Shown here: positions 20,796 through 30,980 of the stretch, one piece after another
Layout of the letters: each line of letters starts with the position of its first letter
Numbering within the stretch: position 1 is the first letter of the stretch
DNA from: Thalassobaculaceae bacterium
Lineage (GTDB): Bacteria; Pseudomonadota; Alphaproteobacteria; Thalassobaculales; Thalassobaculaceae
DNA: 64,000 bases
NCBI GenBank assembly: GCA_965228875.1
Contig: OZ245843.1
Span: forward strand, 2,276,616-2,340,615
Direction: 5' to 3'
The notes under the pieces: generated by a model
Databases searched by the model: none
Told to the model about the DNA's origin: nothing
Seen by the model: the letters and a program-made list of their open reading frames with translations, nothing else
Made by a program: the position numbers and the translations under genes

Positions 20796-21128
20796 TCAGA
20801 CGGCGGGGACGCCCGCTATCGGGCGGTGAAGGTGGCGATCCGGGCCGAGCGTCCGCCAGGCCACGATGCCCAGAACGATCAGGGCCAGGAAATAGCCCGG
20901 AATCAGGATCCAACTTGCGAGACCGCCGAACCGTGACAGGCCGATCACCATGCAGATCGCGCCGACGCCGACGCAGCCGGTAATCAGCAGACCGAGGATC
21001 GTCGTGGGGACGAAGCCGGCCTCGGGGTCGTTCATGCGATGGGTCACGCGGGCGGCGAGCGGTGTGGCGACGAGGGAGAAGGCGGACAGGCCCAGACCTG
21101 TCAGCAGGGTCAGGAGGGTCGAGGACAT
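20796..21128 (-). CDS. hypothetical membrane protein (~3 TM)
   Basis: Three hydrophobic segments; host-like codon usage. Confidence 0.55.
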   Translation of the reverse strand: MSSTLLTLLTGLGLSAFSLVATPLAARVTHRMNDPEAGFVPTTILGLLITGCVGVGAICMVIGLSRFGGLASWILIPGYFLALIVLGIVAWRTLGPDRHLHRPIAGVPAV

Positions 21129-21355
21129 GGATGGAAAACCTGGGCTCTGGAGCGCGGACCGGTCGCCGAGCACGGGCCAACCGGTAAGCGCTCATATGAT
21201 CCGTTTCCCAGCCGTGAGTAAGGGGGTCAAGCGCATGGGCCGACGTGCGAATTTCGCATGGCTGACGTCAGCCCCGGAAGACGTCAGCCTCTAAGACGTC
21301 AGCCCCGGAAGCGGAGTCGCCCCCGCGCAGAGCCCGGGAGCGTGTACCACGCGCC

Positions 21356-22210
21356 CTACCGCAGCCCGACCAGCGTCATCGGCGCCTGGGCGACGTAGCG
21401 GTTGACCGCGGTCAGGTCGGGCATCCCCTCGGTCCAGGCGATCAGGTCGCGCCCGGCCTGCATGTCCTCCTCGGTCACCGTGTAGCCGTAGCGTTTTCCG
21501 GGCCGCTCCCAGCGGCAGACCGTGCCGGCCTCCAGGTCCGGGTCGGTCAGCATCGCCACCGTCGGCACCGGCGGCGAGCCCGTGGCGTACAGGGTCAGGG
21601 CGTCGTAGTCGTCGTCGACCAGGGCGAGCCGCGCGCCGCGCCGCCGCGCCTGCTCCAGACGCAGCCGGTGCGAGATATGGTCATCGAAGACGCAGAGCGT
21701 GTCCTCGGGAAGCGGCTCCAGATCGGCCGCGTCGCTCCAGTCGCCGAGCCGGTATTCGACCCGCGGGTCGCGCAGTCGGCCGTCCTCGCGCATGACATCG
21801 AAGGTGACGATCCGCGCGTCCGGCAGGGCCTCGGCAATGAGCCAGGACGAATGGCCCCGGAACGTGCCGCATTCGACGACCGTCGACGGCCGCAGCAGCG
21901 CGGCGACAGCGAACAGCCATGTCGAGGAGTTGCGCATTGTGCCGCCGGCATTGTCGCGCAGGGGCCGGCGGGCGTAGCTGAGTTCGAACGCCTCGACGAT
22001 GGCGCCGCCGTCGGGGGCGTCGGCCGCCAGCACGCCGCGATCCCGCATCCTCTCGCGCAGGGCATCGATCCGCGACGCCACCACCGCCCGCGCCCGTCGA
22101 ACCAGGGTCTCGGTAATGAGGTGCCGGCCGACCTCGCGCTCGGCCTTGCCGCCTGTCGGAACTTCGGATTCGATCCCTTCGACCGTGTAGATCTGCCGGG
22201 CCTTGGGCAT
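21356..22210 (-). CDS. hypothetical protein with class I SAM-methyltransferase-like fold
   Basis: VVECGTFRGHSSW...IVTFD motif-I-like sequence; follows plsC in the same direction. Confidence 0.6.
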   Translation of the reverse strand: MPKARQIYTVEGIESEVPTGGKAEREVGRHLITETLVRRARAVVASRIDALRERMRDRGVLAADAPDGGAIVEAFELSYARRPLRDNAGGTMRNSSTWLFAVAALLRPSTVVECGTFRGHSSWLIAEALPDARIVTFDVMREDGRLRDPRVEYRLGDWSDAADLEPLPEDTLCVFDDHISHRLRLEQARRRGARLALVDDDYDALTLYATGSPPVPTVAMLTDPDLEAGTVCRWERPGKRYGYTVTEEDMQAGRDLIAWTEGMPDLTAVNRYVAQAPMTLVGLR

Positions 22211-22215
22211 GGGGT

Positions 22216-22956
22216 TCAGCCTTTCTCGGGTTTCGCCACACCGCACAGAACGTCTGAGTCGGCGCTGACCGTCTCGACCAGGGCGGCCATGTCGCCGCGG
22301 CCGAACTGGGACACGTCCGAGATCGCCGGCAGAAACCGGATGACGATCGTCCCCGGCCGGCGCAGCAGCGACTTGCGCGGCCAGAACAGGCCGGAGTTGA
22401 GGGAGACCGGAACCACCGGCAGCTTCACCGCCCTGACCAGGGCGATCAGGCCGGGATGAGCAGTACCGCGGTCGCCGACGGGCACCCGCGTCCCCTCCGG
22501 AAAGATCAGCAGGCTGCGGCCCTTACCGGCTTCTTCTCGGGCGTTCTCCAGCATCCGGCGGAGGGCTTTCGCGCCGCCGGTCCGGTCGACCGACACCATG
22601 CGCGACCGCCGCAGGAACCAGCCGAACAGCGGGATCGCATCCAGCTCCCTCTTGTAGATGATGCAGACGTCCGGAACGATCGCGTTCATCACGAACGTCT
22701 CGAACGCCGACTGATGCTTGCAGGCCAGGATCGCCGGTCCGTCCGGCAGGTGCTCGCGCCCCTCGACCCGATACCGCAGACCGCACACCACCGCCAACAG
22801 CCAGACCAGCCCGTACGACCAGAACCGGCTGACCCGGCGGGCGAAACGACCGTCATCGTCGCGGTGAAACAGCTCGCTGACCGGAATCGCCGCCGCCATC
22901 AGAACGGACCACGCGATCCACAACAAATTGAACAGGGCGGATCGCAGGAGGGTCAC
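22216..22956 (-). CDS. plsC: lysophospholipid (1-acyl-glycerol-3-phosphate) acyltransferase
   Basis: KHQSAFE, VDR, IFPEGTR and PVVPV acyltransferase motifs; GTG start inferred. Confidence 0.85.
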   Translation of the reverse strand: MTLLRSALFNLLWIAWSVLMAAAIPVSELFHRDDDGRFARRVSRFWSYGLVWLLAVVCGLRYRVEGREHLPDGPAILACKHQSAFETFVMNAIVPDVCIIYKRELDAIPLFGWFLRRSRMVSVDRTGGAKALRRMLENAREEAGKGRSLLIFPEGTRVPVGDRGTAHPGLIALVRAVKLPVVPVSLNSGLFWPRKSLLRRPGTIVIRFLPAISDVSQFGRGDMAALVETVSADSDVLCGVAKPEKG

Positions 22957-23120
22957 GCGCGCACCGTCATCGTGAAAGTTCCGTTTTCTTAAGCAGTTCG
23001 TCCCGGCTTGAAAATACCCCAGGCGCGACACCGGCCGCGGATGCGCGTTCTTGCCATCTGGGGACGGCGGACGAGACGCGCTATAGCAGTCGGCATCGTC
23101 GACTGAGGAGGACTTCGCCC

Positions 23121-23495
23121 ATGTCCCGTCACCTCGCGGCGTTCGCCGCCACCTCCCTGGCGCTTGCCGTCGTCCTCGGCGCGGTCGGCGCCCACGCCAT
23201 CGGCGATGATCCGACCGCCCGGTCGATGTGGCAGACGGCATCGTTCTGGCACACCGCCAACAGCCTCGGCCTGCTCGCCATCGCGGCGCTGTGGGGTCGG
23301 ATAGCGCCACGGATCGGCGGCGCGGGCGCACTGTCCCTGGCCTTCGGCGCCATCGCGTTCTGCGGTTCGGTCTATGTCCAGGCCGCAAGCGGGTCGGCAC
23401 CGGTGCCTATGCTCGCGCCCGCCGGGGGGACGCTGCAGATCCTCGGCTGGCTGCTCGTCGCCATTGCTTTCCTGCGGGCGCCGGCCCCACGGTAG
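23121..23495 (+). CDS. DUF423 (YgdD/TMEM256) membrane protein
   Basis: LGAVGAH, WQTASFWH, FCGSVY, APAGG...ILGW; GAGGAGG RBS. Confidence 0.85.
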   Translation: MSRHLAAFAATSLALAVVLGAVGAHAIGDDPTARSMWQTASFWHTANSLGLLAIAALWGRIAPRIGGAGALSLAFGAIAFCGSVYVQAASGSAPVPMLAPAGGTLQILGWLLVAIAFLRAPAPR

Positions 23496-23660
23496 CCGTG
23501 CCCCGCCTGATCCGCGGCCATCAGGCCCGCTGCCGTCAGGACCGCTGCCACCAGGCCCACTGCCACCGGATCCGCTGCGGCACCGTGACGCGAGAAAGCG
23601 TTCGCAAGCCTCCCTACACTGCCTGAGAGTCCGATCGCGCCCCGAACGAGGATCGCCGCC

Positions 23661-24164
23661 ATGCAAGGCAAGACGACGGTGACGCTGTCCAGGCTCCCGG
23701 ACGACAGTCGGCTGCATGGTCGGGTCGGCACCGGCGACTTTCTCGACTGTTACGCCGTCGACGCCGAGGTCGCCCCCCGACAGGCCGCCGAGATCGTGGT
23801 GCGGTTTCCCGGCTGGGCCCGCGCCCTGCTGCTGCTGCGCCGGGTCCTGACCGCGCCCTTCGGCCTCTCCAATGACGGACCCGAGGCCGCGGACAAGCTC
23901 GGCCCGTTTCCCGTCGAACTGGAGACCGGGCGGGAGGTCATCGCAGGTTTCGACGACCGGCATCTCGATTTCCGGGTGTCGGTCTATGCTGCCGGCGGTC
24001 GCGTCTTTCTGGCGACCTGGGTGCACCCGCACAACCTCGGCGGCCGTCTCTACCTCGCCGCGATCATGCCGTTCCACGTCGCCATCGCCCGCGACGCGCT
24101 GGCCCGGGTCGCCGTTGCCTGCCGCGCCAACACCCCATTCTCCACCTCGCCGACGGCGCCCTAG
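23661..24164 (+). CDS. DUF2867 domain protein
   Basis: FLDCY, GFDDRHLDFRVS, HNLGGRLYL...PFH. Confidence 0.8.
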   Translation: MQGKTTVTLSRLPDDSRLHGRVGTGDFLDCYAVDAEVAPRQAAEIVVRFPGWARALLLLRRVLTAPFGLSNDGPEAADKLGPFPVELETGREVIAGFDDRHLDFRVSVYAAGGRVFLATWVHPHNLGGRLYLAAIMPFHVAIARDALARVAVACRANTPFSTSPTAP

Positions 24165-24211
24165 GTTCGCTATGACTGTCGGACAACGACAGCAAACGGA
24201 GGAAGACGCGC

Positions 24212-25015
24212 ATGGCCGACCGGGTGAAGGACAAAGTCGTGGTGGTTGCGGGGGCCGGTTCGGTCGGGCCCGGCTGGGGCAATGGAAAGGCCTGCGCCGT
24301 GCTGTACGCCCGCGAGGGCGCGAGCCTGTACCTGATCGACCGGGACCGCGACGCGGTCGACGAGACCGCCAGGCTGGTCGCCGCCGAGGGCGCGAAGGTT
24401 CATGCCGAGACCGGCGACCTGACGAACGACGACACGGTGGAGCGGCTGCTGTCCGACTGCGTGGCGCGGTTCGGTCGGATCGACGTGATGCACAACAATG
24501 TCGGCGGCTCGGCGCCGGGTACCGTCGAGGAGATGGACGTGACCACCTGGGACGCCCAGATGGATCACAACCTGAAGACCGTCTATCTCGGCTGTCACCA
24601 CGCGGTCCCGCACCTGCGGGCTGCCGGCGGGGGCGCCATCGTCAACGTCGCCTCGGTCGCCGGCTATCGCCATATCGGGACGCCGATCCACGCCTATGCC
24701 GCCGCCAAGGCCGGCGTTGTGCAGCTCTCGCGGGCGATCGGCGTGACCTACGCCAAGGAACGGATCCGCTGCAACACGGTGGTGCCGGGCCTGATGCACA
24801 CGCCGCTTGTCGAGGCCCGTCTGGCCCACCAGCGCGGCAACAATGACGCCGAGGCGCTCATCGCCCGGCGCAACGCCCAGGTGCCGATGGGCCATATGGG
24901 CGACGCATGGGATATCGCCTACGCCGCCCTGTTCCTGGCAAGCGACGAGGCCAAGTACGTGACCGCCACCGAGATCGTCGTCGACGGTGGCCTGGTCATG
25001 AGCGCGCCGGTGTAG
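24212..25015 (+). CDS. short-chain dehydrogenase/reductase
   Basis: GAG..GPG.GNG, NNVG, YAAAK, PG and DGG motifs; GGAGG RBS. Confidence 0.9.
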   Translation: MADRVKDKVVVVAGAGSVGPGWGNGKACAVLYAREGASLYLIDRDRDAVDETARLVAAEGAKVHAETGDLTNDDTVERLLSDCVARFGRIDVMHNNVGGSAPGTVEEMDVTTWDAQMDHNLKTVYLGCHHAVPHLRAAGGGAIVNVASVAGYRHIGTPIHAYAAAKAGVVQLSRAIGVTYAKERIRCNTVVPGLMHTPLVEARLAHQRGNNDAEALIARRNAQVPMGHMGDAWDIAYAALFLASDEAKYVTATEIVVDGGLVMSAPV

Positions 25016-25172
25016 CGCGCGATCGGCAACGCTCGGGTCGAGCCGGTCGCGACCCTCTCCGGAAAGGGCTTCCCCTCACCGGCGATCACGATCGGCTGAA
25101 AGCGGCGCGAGGTCGTTTCGGCGGTGCATGCGGACGCCTACCTTCCAGCGGCGACCGTTCCAGGAGACCGCC

Positions 25173-25439
25173 ATGGGCATCGTCCTCCCCTTCCCGACCC
25201 GTCGACCCCGAAGCGGCGGGTGGACCGCCGGCGAGCGCGCCGCGCTCGACCGGCTGACGGACCGGGTGGCGGGCGCGACCGGCTGGGAGGCGGAGGTCGG
25301 CGGGACGCGGGCCTTCATCATCGGCGCCGAGGACGAGACGCTGCTGATCGTCAGCCGCGGCGCCAACGGTCTCGCCGTGTCCAGCGGCTGGAACGGCGCG
25401 CCGCACTGGCGGGGCGCCTCGCTCGAACACTACCGCTGA
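25173..25439 (+). CDS. hypothetical protein
   Basis: AGGAG RBS before ATG 25173; host-like codon usage; no recognised family. Confidence 0.45.
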   Translation: MGIVLPFPTRRPRSGGWTAGERAALDRLTDRVAGATGWEAEVGGTRAFIIGAEDETLLIVSRGANGLAVSSGWNGAPHWRGASLEHYR

Positions 25440-25577
25440 GCCCGGCGGGGCGACGACGCCCCTCTCACCGCCCCCCTCTGTTGCCCGGTCTTGGTCGGCC
25501 TGGGTGTTCGCGACTATGCTTGACGGCCAAGTGCCGGCGCGTACGGTGGAAGCGGTGGCGGCTCGCGGGAGGATCCC

Positions 25578-25829
25578 ATGGCGTTCGACATTTTCGGTGA
25601 GCCCGGGGACGACGACGGCCCGGAGCCGACGTATCAGGCGGTCAACGGCCTCGACAAGCTGGCGATCCTGGTCGGCCTTCTCGACGCGACCATCGACCAT
25701 GAGCGTCACAAGGACACACCGTTCGAGGCGCCGGAGTGGCTGGTGAAACACTATCCCCACGTCCATCCGAATGACCTCGACCACGTGCTCGACGCCGGGC
25801 GTCAGGCGCTGAGCCGACTGCTGCGCTGA
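25578..25829 (+). CDS. hypothetical protein
   Basis: GGGAGG RBS; plausible globular acidic 83-aa protein. Confidence 0.6.
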   Translation: MAFDIFGEPGDDDGPEPTYQAVNGLDKLAILVGLLDATIDHERHKDTPFEAPEWLVKHYPHVHPNDLDHVLDAGRQALSRLLR

Positions 25830-25895
25830 ACAGTTCGCTGCGCCGGACCACCCGCTGCGCCAAACTACCCGCTGCGGTGGGCCGGCCCCGCCCGA

Positions 25896-26468
25896 TCAGG
25901 CCGGGGTGAGCCGTTGCAGGAACTTGCCGAAGGTCATCAGCCCTTCCGGCCAGGGTCCGTGGCCGCTGTGCGGATCGACGGTACCGCTCTCTCTGAGATC
26001 GACCACGCGGGCGCCCCACGCGGCCGCCAGATCCTCGGCCACGGCGAAGGCACAGTACGGGTCGTTTCGGCTGGCCAGCACCAGCGACGGAAACGGCAGC
26101 GGATCGCGGGGAACCGGCCGGTAGCTGGCCGCAACGTCCGGCACCGACCGGGAGGCCGGGGCCGACGCGTCGATATCGGGCACTGCCGCCAGGAACGCGC
26201 CGCGCACCTTGCCGACGGGCAGTCCGGGCGCGGCATGCACCGCCGCCAGGGCGCCGAAGCCGTGGGCGACGAGCACGACCGGCCGGTCCGCCCTCGCCAC
26301 CGCCCCGACGATCGCCGCGCCGTAGCGTTCGCGGTCCGGGCTGGACCAGTCGTCGAGGGCGACCCACTCGGCCGTGCGCAGTCCGGCCTGCCAACGGGCG
26401 TACCAGTGCCCGTCGGTGCCGCCGCCGAGGCCAGGCAGCACCAGGATCGTCGCGTCGGAAGACTTCAT
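25896..26468 (-). CDS. RBBP9/YdeN-family alpha/beta hydrolase
   Basis: LPGLGG...HW, ASRNDPY and GPWPEG; nucleophile elbow reads AHGFG (Gly where Ser is usual), so possibly inactive. Confidence 0.8.
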   Translation of the reverse strand: MKSSDATILVLPGLGGGTDGHWYARWQAGLRTAEWVALDDWSSPDRERYGAAIVGAVARADRPVVLVAHGFGALAAVHAAPGLPVGKVRGAFLAAVPDIDASAPASRSVPDVAASYRPVPRDPLPFPSLVLASRNDPYCAFAVAEDLAAAWGARVVDLRESGTVDPHSGHGPWPEGLMTFGKFLQRLTPA

Positions 26469-27409
26469 GCCGCTCCACCGAGGGCCGATTTCGGCAGCAC
26501 CACGTGGATGCCCTTCTCCTGATTGACCAGTTGGGTGACGCGCACGTCGGCCGCGAGGCTCATCAGCATGAAGGCCTGGCTGCGCGACAGGTTGGTGGTC
26601 TCGACCGTCCAGTCGATCATCTGCCGCAGGGCGTGACTCGCCGCGTCGTCCAGGTCGGCGCTCATGCCCATGGTGATGCGGGCGTCCGGCGACTCGGCCC
26701 GGGGATAGTCCAGGTCGAGATCCTTGCGCAGATGCACCTCGATGTCGCCTTCGAGCGCTGTTTCGATGGCGGTCACGCAGACCTCTCCGTCGCCCTGAAC
26801 CCCGTGGCCGTCGCCAAGCGAAAGCTTGCCCCCCTCGGTCCAGACAGGGAGATACAGCGTGGTGCCGGCGATCAGTTCCTTATTGTCCAGATTGCCGCCG
26901 TTCTTGCGCGGCTGAATGGTCGAGATCGGCCCCCAGCCGGGCGGCGGGGCGACGCCAATGACCCCGAAGAACGGCCGCAGCGGCAGTTCGGTTCCCCAGG
27001 GCAGCCGGCCGATGTTGCGCTCCGCGTCCAGGTCCACCGTCATGCGGTCGGGCTCGTCGAAATCCTCGGGCAGCGCGCCGGCCAGCGGCCGGACCTTGGT
27101 GTAGCCCCAGTCCTGCCGGAGCCGGATGTTATGCAGCCGGATCTCCAGCACGTCGCCCGGCTCCGCCCCCTCGACCGCGATCGGCCCGGTCAGCAGATGG
27201 CCGGGCATCCGGCGTTCGGAGCGGGCATGGATGTCCAGCAGCTCGGGCGGAACGTGATAACCGTCACCGGGCAGATCCTCAGGCGCGCCGGAGACCGTGC
27301 CCACGGTCACCGTATCGCCGCTGGAGATGGTGAGCACCGGGGGCATCGCGGCGTCGAACCACCCCCAGTGGCAGGTCTCGGGGGATGCGGAAAGATGATG
27401 ATGGGCCAT
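26465..27409 (-). CDS. acetamidase/formamidase family protein
   Basis: H.LTGPIAVEGAEPGDVL, GGNLD, GDGHGVQGDGEV...AIE. Confidence 0.9.
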   Translation of the reverse strand: MAHHHLSASPETCHWGWFDAAMPPVLTISSGDTVTVGTVSGAPEDLPGDGYHVPPELLDIHARSERRMPGHLLTGPIAVEGAEPGDVLEIRLHNIRLRQDWGYTKVRPLAGALPEDFDEPDRMTVDLDAERNIGRLPWGTELPLRPFFGVIGVAPPPGWGPISTIQPRKNGGNLDNKELIAGTTLYLPVWTEGGKLSLGDGHGVQGDGEVCVTAIETALEGDIEVHLRKDLDLDYPRAESPDARITMGMSADLDDAASHALRQMIDWTVETTNLSRSQAFMLMSLAADVRVTQLVNQEKGIHVVLPKSALGGAA

Positions 27410-27569
27410 GCTGTCTCCCGTCGATCAGGGTGCAACTTTGGCCGCAATGATGCGACGCAGGACGCCTGCACCGCAATCCGCCGCGCGCGCCGGACGCCGG
27501 AAGGGCCGGTCTGTGGCGGAATTATCGGTTGTATGGCGGCTTTTTTTTCCGGCCCGAAAGAAAGGGGAT

Positions 27570-28232
27570 CTAGGCCAGCCCGCTGCCCAGCGACCACGAG
27601 GCGGGCGAGGAGGATTGTCGGGTCACTGCCGAGACCGCCGGTTCGTCGGCATCGACATCGAGGCGGGTCAGGATGGCCGGCCAGGCCGCCGCCGGGTCCC
27701 GCCGCAACCACGCCTCGTCGATCCGATGGATCCGCTCGCCGCCGAGACCGAAGCTCGCGACCCGGCGCTCGAACGCCGACAACGCCTCCGTCGCGGCATC
27801 CACGACCCGCGAGATGCCGCCGGCACCAACGGTCGCGGCGACGGAAGCCGCATCCCGGCTGAGAACCAGGAGGTGGAGTCCGGGCGGGTTGAGCAGCGGG
27901 AACATCGGCCCCCCCGGATCGTGCAGAACCACGGCGCTGGCGGCGATGGAGGCGCGCAGCGACGCAAAGTACGCCGCGAGAGCCGCTCCTCCCTGCTCGC
28001 GGGCACGGGCCACCAACCCACCCGCGGCGGGGTCGGGTTCCGCAGCACCGCCACCATGACCGCCTCTCTCACCGCCGGCATCGGCCGCATCCACCGTACG
28101 GCGGGCAACGGCGTGCAGGGCGTTGCCGAGAGACACCGGTGGAAGCGCGGCCACATCCGGGTGACGATCGAGCTCCGCCATGAAGCGGCGGGGGTCTGTA
28201 ACCGGACCGGAGAGCAGAAGAAAATTGCGCAT
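27570..28232 (-). CDS. hypothetical protein, possibly degenerate sulfotransferase-like fold
   Basis: LD.HPDV, LSRD...VAA and L.RDP...L segments loosely recall sulfotransferases; no PAPS-binding loop seen. Confidence 0.4.
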   Translation of the reverse strand: MRNFLLLSGPVTDPRRFMAELDRHPDVAALPPVSLGNALHAVARRTVDAADAGGERGGHGGGAAEPDPAAGGLVARAREQGGAALAAYFASLRASIAASAVVLHDPGGPMFPLLNPPGLHLLVLSRDAASVAATVGAGGISRVVDAATEALSAFERRVASFGLGGERIHRIDEAWLRRDPAAAWPAILTRLDVDADEPAVSAVTRQSSSPASWSLGSGLA

Positions 28233-28430
28233 CGGCGTTTCCCAGCGATTGACGGGTCGTCTGCACGCCCCCATCGACGCAACCGAGTTTTCACGGTTTC
28301 TTCGCAGACTGCAAGTCTTGGTGGAAAGAATATCGCGAATCGTTGCTGTGCCTCACGAAACGCGACTCCGGCCTTGACCCTACGGTCGTTGCGGCGATCA
28401 TGGAGAGACAGAACTGGCAAGGTCGCGAGC

Positions 28431-29333
28431 ATGTTGTCCGCCGTGCGCAAGACGGGATTGATCGGCATCACCACCCAGTGGATCGACGAGTCCGGACAGG
28501 TGGCGGATCTGGCCGCCAAGCTGGGCCGGCTCGGGGAGGATGTCAGCGATTTCGCGCTCCACACGATGGGCTGGATCCGGTGCACCTCCATAGGCGCGTT
28601 CGAGGAATACGCCTTCGACACCCGATCGGTTCACCTCGCATCGCTGCAGACGCTGCTGGATCGCCTGACCGTCGACGATGCGCCACGCGCGCTCGGCATG
28701 CGCCTGCGCTGTATCGAGGTGACGACGGCCTTCGGGACCACGAAGATCTCCGACGATCATCCGAGCCGGCTGGTAAGCCTGGTTCTCAAGTGCATGGAAA
28801 TCGCCGATCCGCGGTCGCCCCAGGACTCGATCCGGCGCGGCCGGATGGAGCTTTCCGCCCTGCCGTCCCTTGGCGACGAGGTGGCGAACAGGCTGATCGC
28901 GGCGTGGCGCGCCTCCGGTGGCACACTGCGCGCGCCGATCTCGGAGTTGATCGCCGACGCGGGCCTCAACCGCAGCATCAAGATCATGGTGCCGCAGGGC
29001 GAGACCTTCCGGTTCCTGCGCTACAAGGGATCGCCGAACGCGCCATGGGACAAGGCCACCTGGCGGGGATTCGAGGGGGGGACGATCGACCAGGTGGTGC
29101 CCGACCGGGGCATGATCGAATCGGTCAAGGCCTCCACCCGCAGCGCGCTGGCCACGAAGCAGCCGGTGATCGAGCGCTGCGAGGGCGTGGTTCTCGCCAG
29201 CGACGGCCTGAAGGAATTCGCCTGGTACCGCATCTCGGTGCCGGTCGACCTGCCGAAATCGCCGTTCGAGACCGCCGATCAGGGGGTGATCGCCCTGCTG
29301 GCCCCGGTACCGGGCGGGCGCAACGCGGCCTGA
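28431..29333 (+). CDS. hypothetical protein, possible C-terminal PAS-like domain
   Basis: Strong third-position GC bias in this frame; FRFLRY.G...QPV...Y.RISVPV recalls PAS_5-like domains. Confidence 0.6.
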   Translation: MLSAVRKTGLIGITTQWIDESGQVADLAAKLGRLGEDVSDFALHTMGWIRCTSIGAFEEYAFDTRSVHLASLQTLLDRLTVDDAPRALGMRLRCIEVTTAFGTTKISDDHPSRLVSLVLKCMEIADPRSPQDSIRRGRMELSALPSLGDEVANRLIAAWRASGGTLRAPISELIADAGLNRSIKIMVPQGETFRFLRYKGSPNAPWDKATWRGFEGGTIDQVVPDRGMIESVKASTRSALATKQPVIERCEGVVLASDGLKEFAWYRISVPVDLPKSPFETADQGVIALLAPVPGGRNAA

Positions 29334-29385
29334 GCCCGCTATCCGGCCCCAGGGCCCCGGCCGCGCCGTCGCTTCGGCGGAGACG

Positions 29386-30174
29386 TCACGCGATGTGACG
29401 TCGGCGCTCCTCCTCGCGATAGACCAGCGGCACCTCGCCTGTACTGTGGATCTGCGTCTGCCGCCCGATGTAGTCGGCATCCTTGGCGATCAGCACCCAT
29501 TCCCGCTTTTCCGGCCGCGCCGGGTGGGTCCATAGAATGGTGTCCAGGATGTGCTGGATGTCGTAGCTCTTCGACACCAGCCCGCGATCGACCATCACCT
29601 TCTCGGTGACGCTGACCATGCCGACCTTGCCCCACCGGGCGTGCGCCATCGAGCCGGCGGCGATGCCGAGGATGCGCGGGAAGTTGGTCTGGCGTCCCCG
29701 CAGGTCCGGACGCACCCACAGCCCGCCGGTCCAGAACACCTTCTCGTCGATCCGCGAGGCGTAGGCGTCGGCCTCGCCCTGAATGCTCAGGCGTTCGCCG
29801 GGCACCATCTGCTCCGCCGGATTGGCGTAGAACAGGCTGAGGGTCTCCAGCTGGTCGGCGAGCGACGTGACGGTGAAGCGGTAGAGGCGCACCCCCAGCG
29901 TCGCCGCGATGCCATCGTCATCGCGTACGGTCAGGCCGATGCAGTCGCCGGCCTTGGCCGGCTTGAAGCGGCTGTCGAAAGCGCTCGGCACGTACTTGCC
30001 GACCTCGCGCAATCGCTCCTTGAAGGTGTCGATGTCGTCGCAGGCCTTCAGATCAAGTTTGCGTTGATGGAAGTCGCGGTCGACACGGATGAGCGACTCC
30101 TGAATCTCGCTCCGTCTCGACTCGCTCTCGCCGTGGATCGGGCCGATCCCGGACAGGAAGGGTCTTTCAGTCAT
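29386..30174 (-). CDS. hypothetical protein, possible GNAT-like fold
   Basis: Host-like codon usage; GGLWVRPDLRG resembles a GNAT acyl-CoA-binding motif. Confidence 0.6.
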   Translation of the reverse strand: MTERPFLSGIGPIHGESESRRSEIQESLIRVDRDFHQRKLDLKACDDIDTFKERLREVGKYVPSAFDSRFKPAKAGDCIGLTVRDDDGIAATLGVRLYRFTVTSLADQLETLSLFYANPAEQMVPGERLSIQGEADAYASRIDEKVFWTGGLWVRPDLRGRQTNFPRILGIAAGSMAHARWGKVGMVSVTEKVMVDRGLVSKSYDIQHILDTILWTHPARPEKREWVLIAKDADYIGRQTQIHSTGEVPLVYREEERRRHIA

Positions 30175-30450
30175 CGTTGTATCCCCCACTCGGCGCGAAG
30201 TGCGCCCCGCAACCGTAGGGTGCCAGGGGGACGGACAGCGACAGTGGCGATACGACTCGCCGGGACGGGTCGAGTCCCGGTGGCGAACAGCATGGCTGGC
30301 GGATCAGCGACTCGGATCGTCTGCCATACCCGGGTGTGCGGCCGATGTGGGATAGCTCACTGCGTTCGGCTCGCGCGCCCCCTCCACCGCGACAAACCGC
30401 CCGTCCGGGCGCTAGACTGGCGGCAAAGGGAGCAACCGGAGGAGAAGCCG

Positions 30451-30840
30451 ATGGGCACCGACCAGGGAACCACTATCCGCGACACCGCCGCGGTCGACAG
30501 CTGGCACGCCCATGTCTATTTCGACGCGGAGACGACGGCGCCGGCCCGCGCCCTGTACGAGCGGATCGCCGCCGCGTTCCCGCAGGCGGAGATGGGGCGC
30601 TTCCACGAGAAGCCGGTCGGCCCGCATCCGATGTGGAGCTATCAGGTGGCGTTCGCGCCGCCCCTGCTGGCGGACATCCTGCCCTGGCTGGCGCTCAACC
30701 GGACGGGCCTCGACGTGTTCGTCCATCCCAATACCGGCGACGACCTGGCCGACCACCGCGACCACGTCCTCTTCCTCGGCCGTTCCTACCCGCTGAAGCT
30801 GTCGATCTTCACCGCCGAGGACGACTCTCGGACAACCTGA
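30451..30840 (+). CDS. DOPA 4,5-dioxygenase family protein
   Basis: WHAHVYF, PVGPHP..SYQ, VHPNTG...DH; GGAGGAG RBS. Confidence 0.88.
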   Translation: MGTDQGTTIRDTAAVDSWHAHVYFDAETTAPARALYERIAAAFPQAEMGRFHEKPVGPHPMWSYQVAFAPPLLADILPWLALNRTGLDVFVHPNTGDDLADHRDHVLFLGRSYPLKLSIFTAEDDSRTT

Positions 30841-30980
30841 CGGCGGACGGCGCCGACAACAGTCGTCGGCACACCCACGGTGCCGTCCGCGCGCCACGGG
30901 AAGCCACTGAACGCGCCCCCGAGACCGGGAAAGCGCGTTTCAGGACAACATCTTGTCCGCAGATCGGGAACTTGGAAGGG

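Noticed and set aside
21264..21310. CRISPR array (also considered for 23500-23580)
   Set aside because: Units are about 15 bp, adjacent, with no spacers, and there are no cas genes in the window
30175..30450. GC-rich inverted repeats as a riboswitch or ncRNA
   Set aside because: Short palindromes are expected at this GC content; no known family motif recognised
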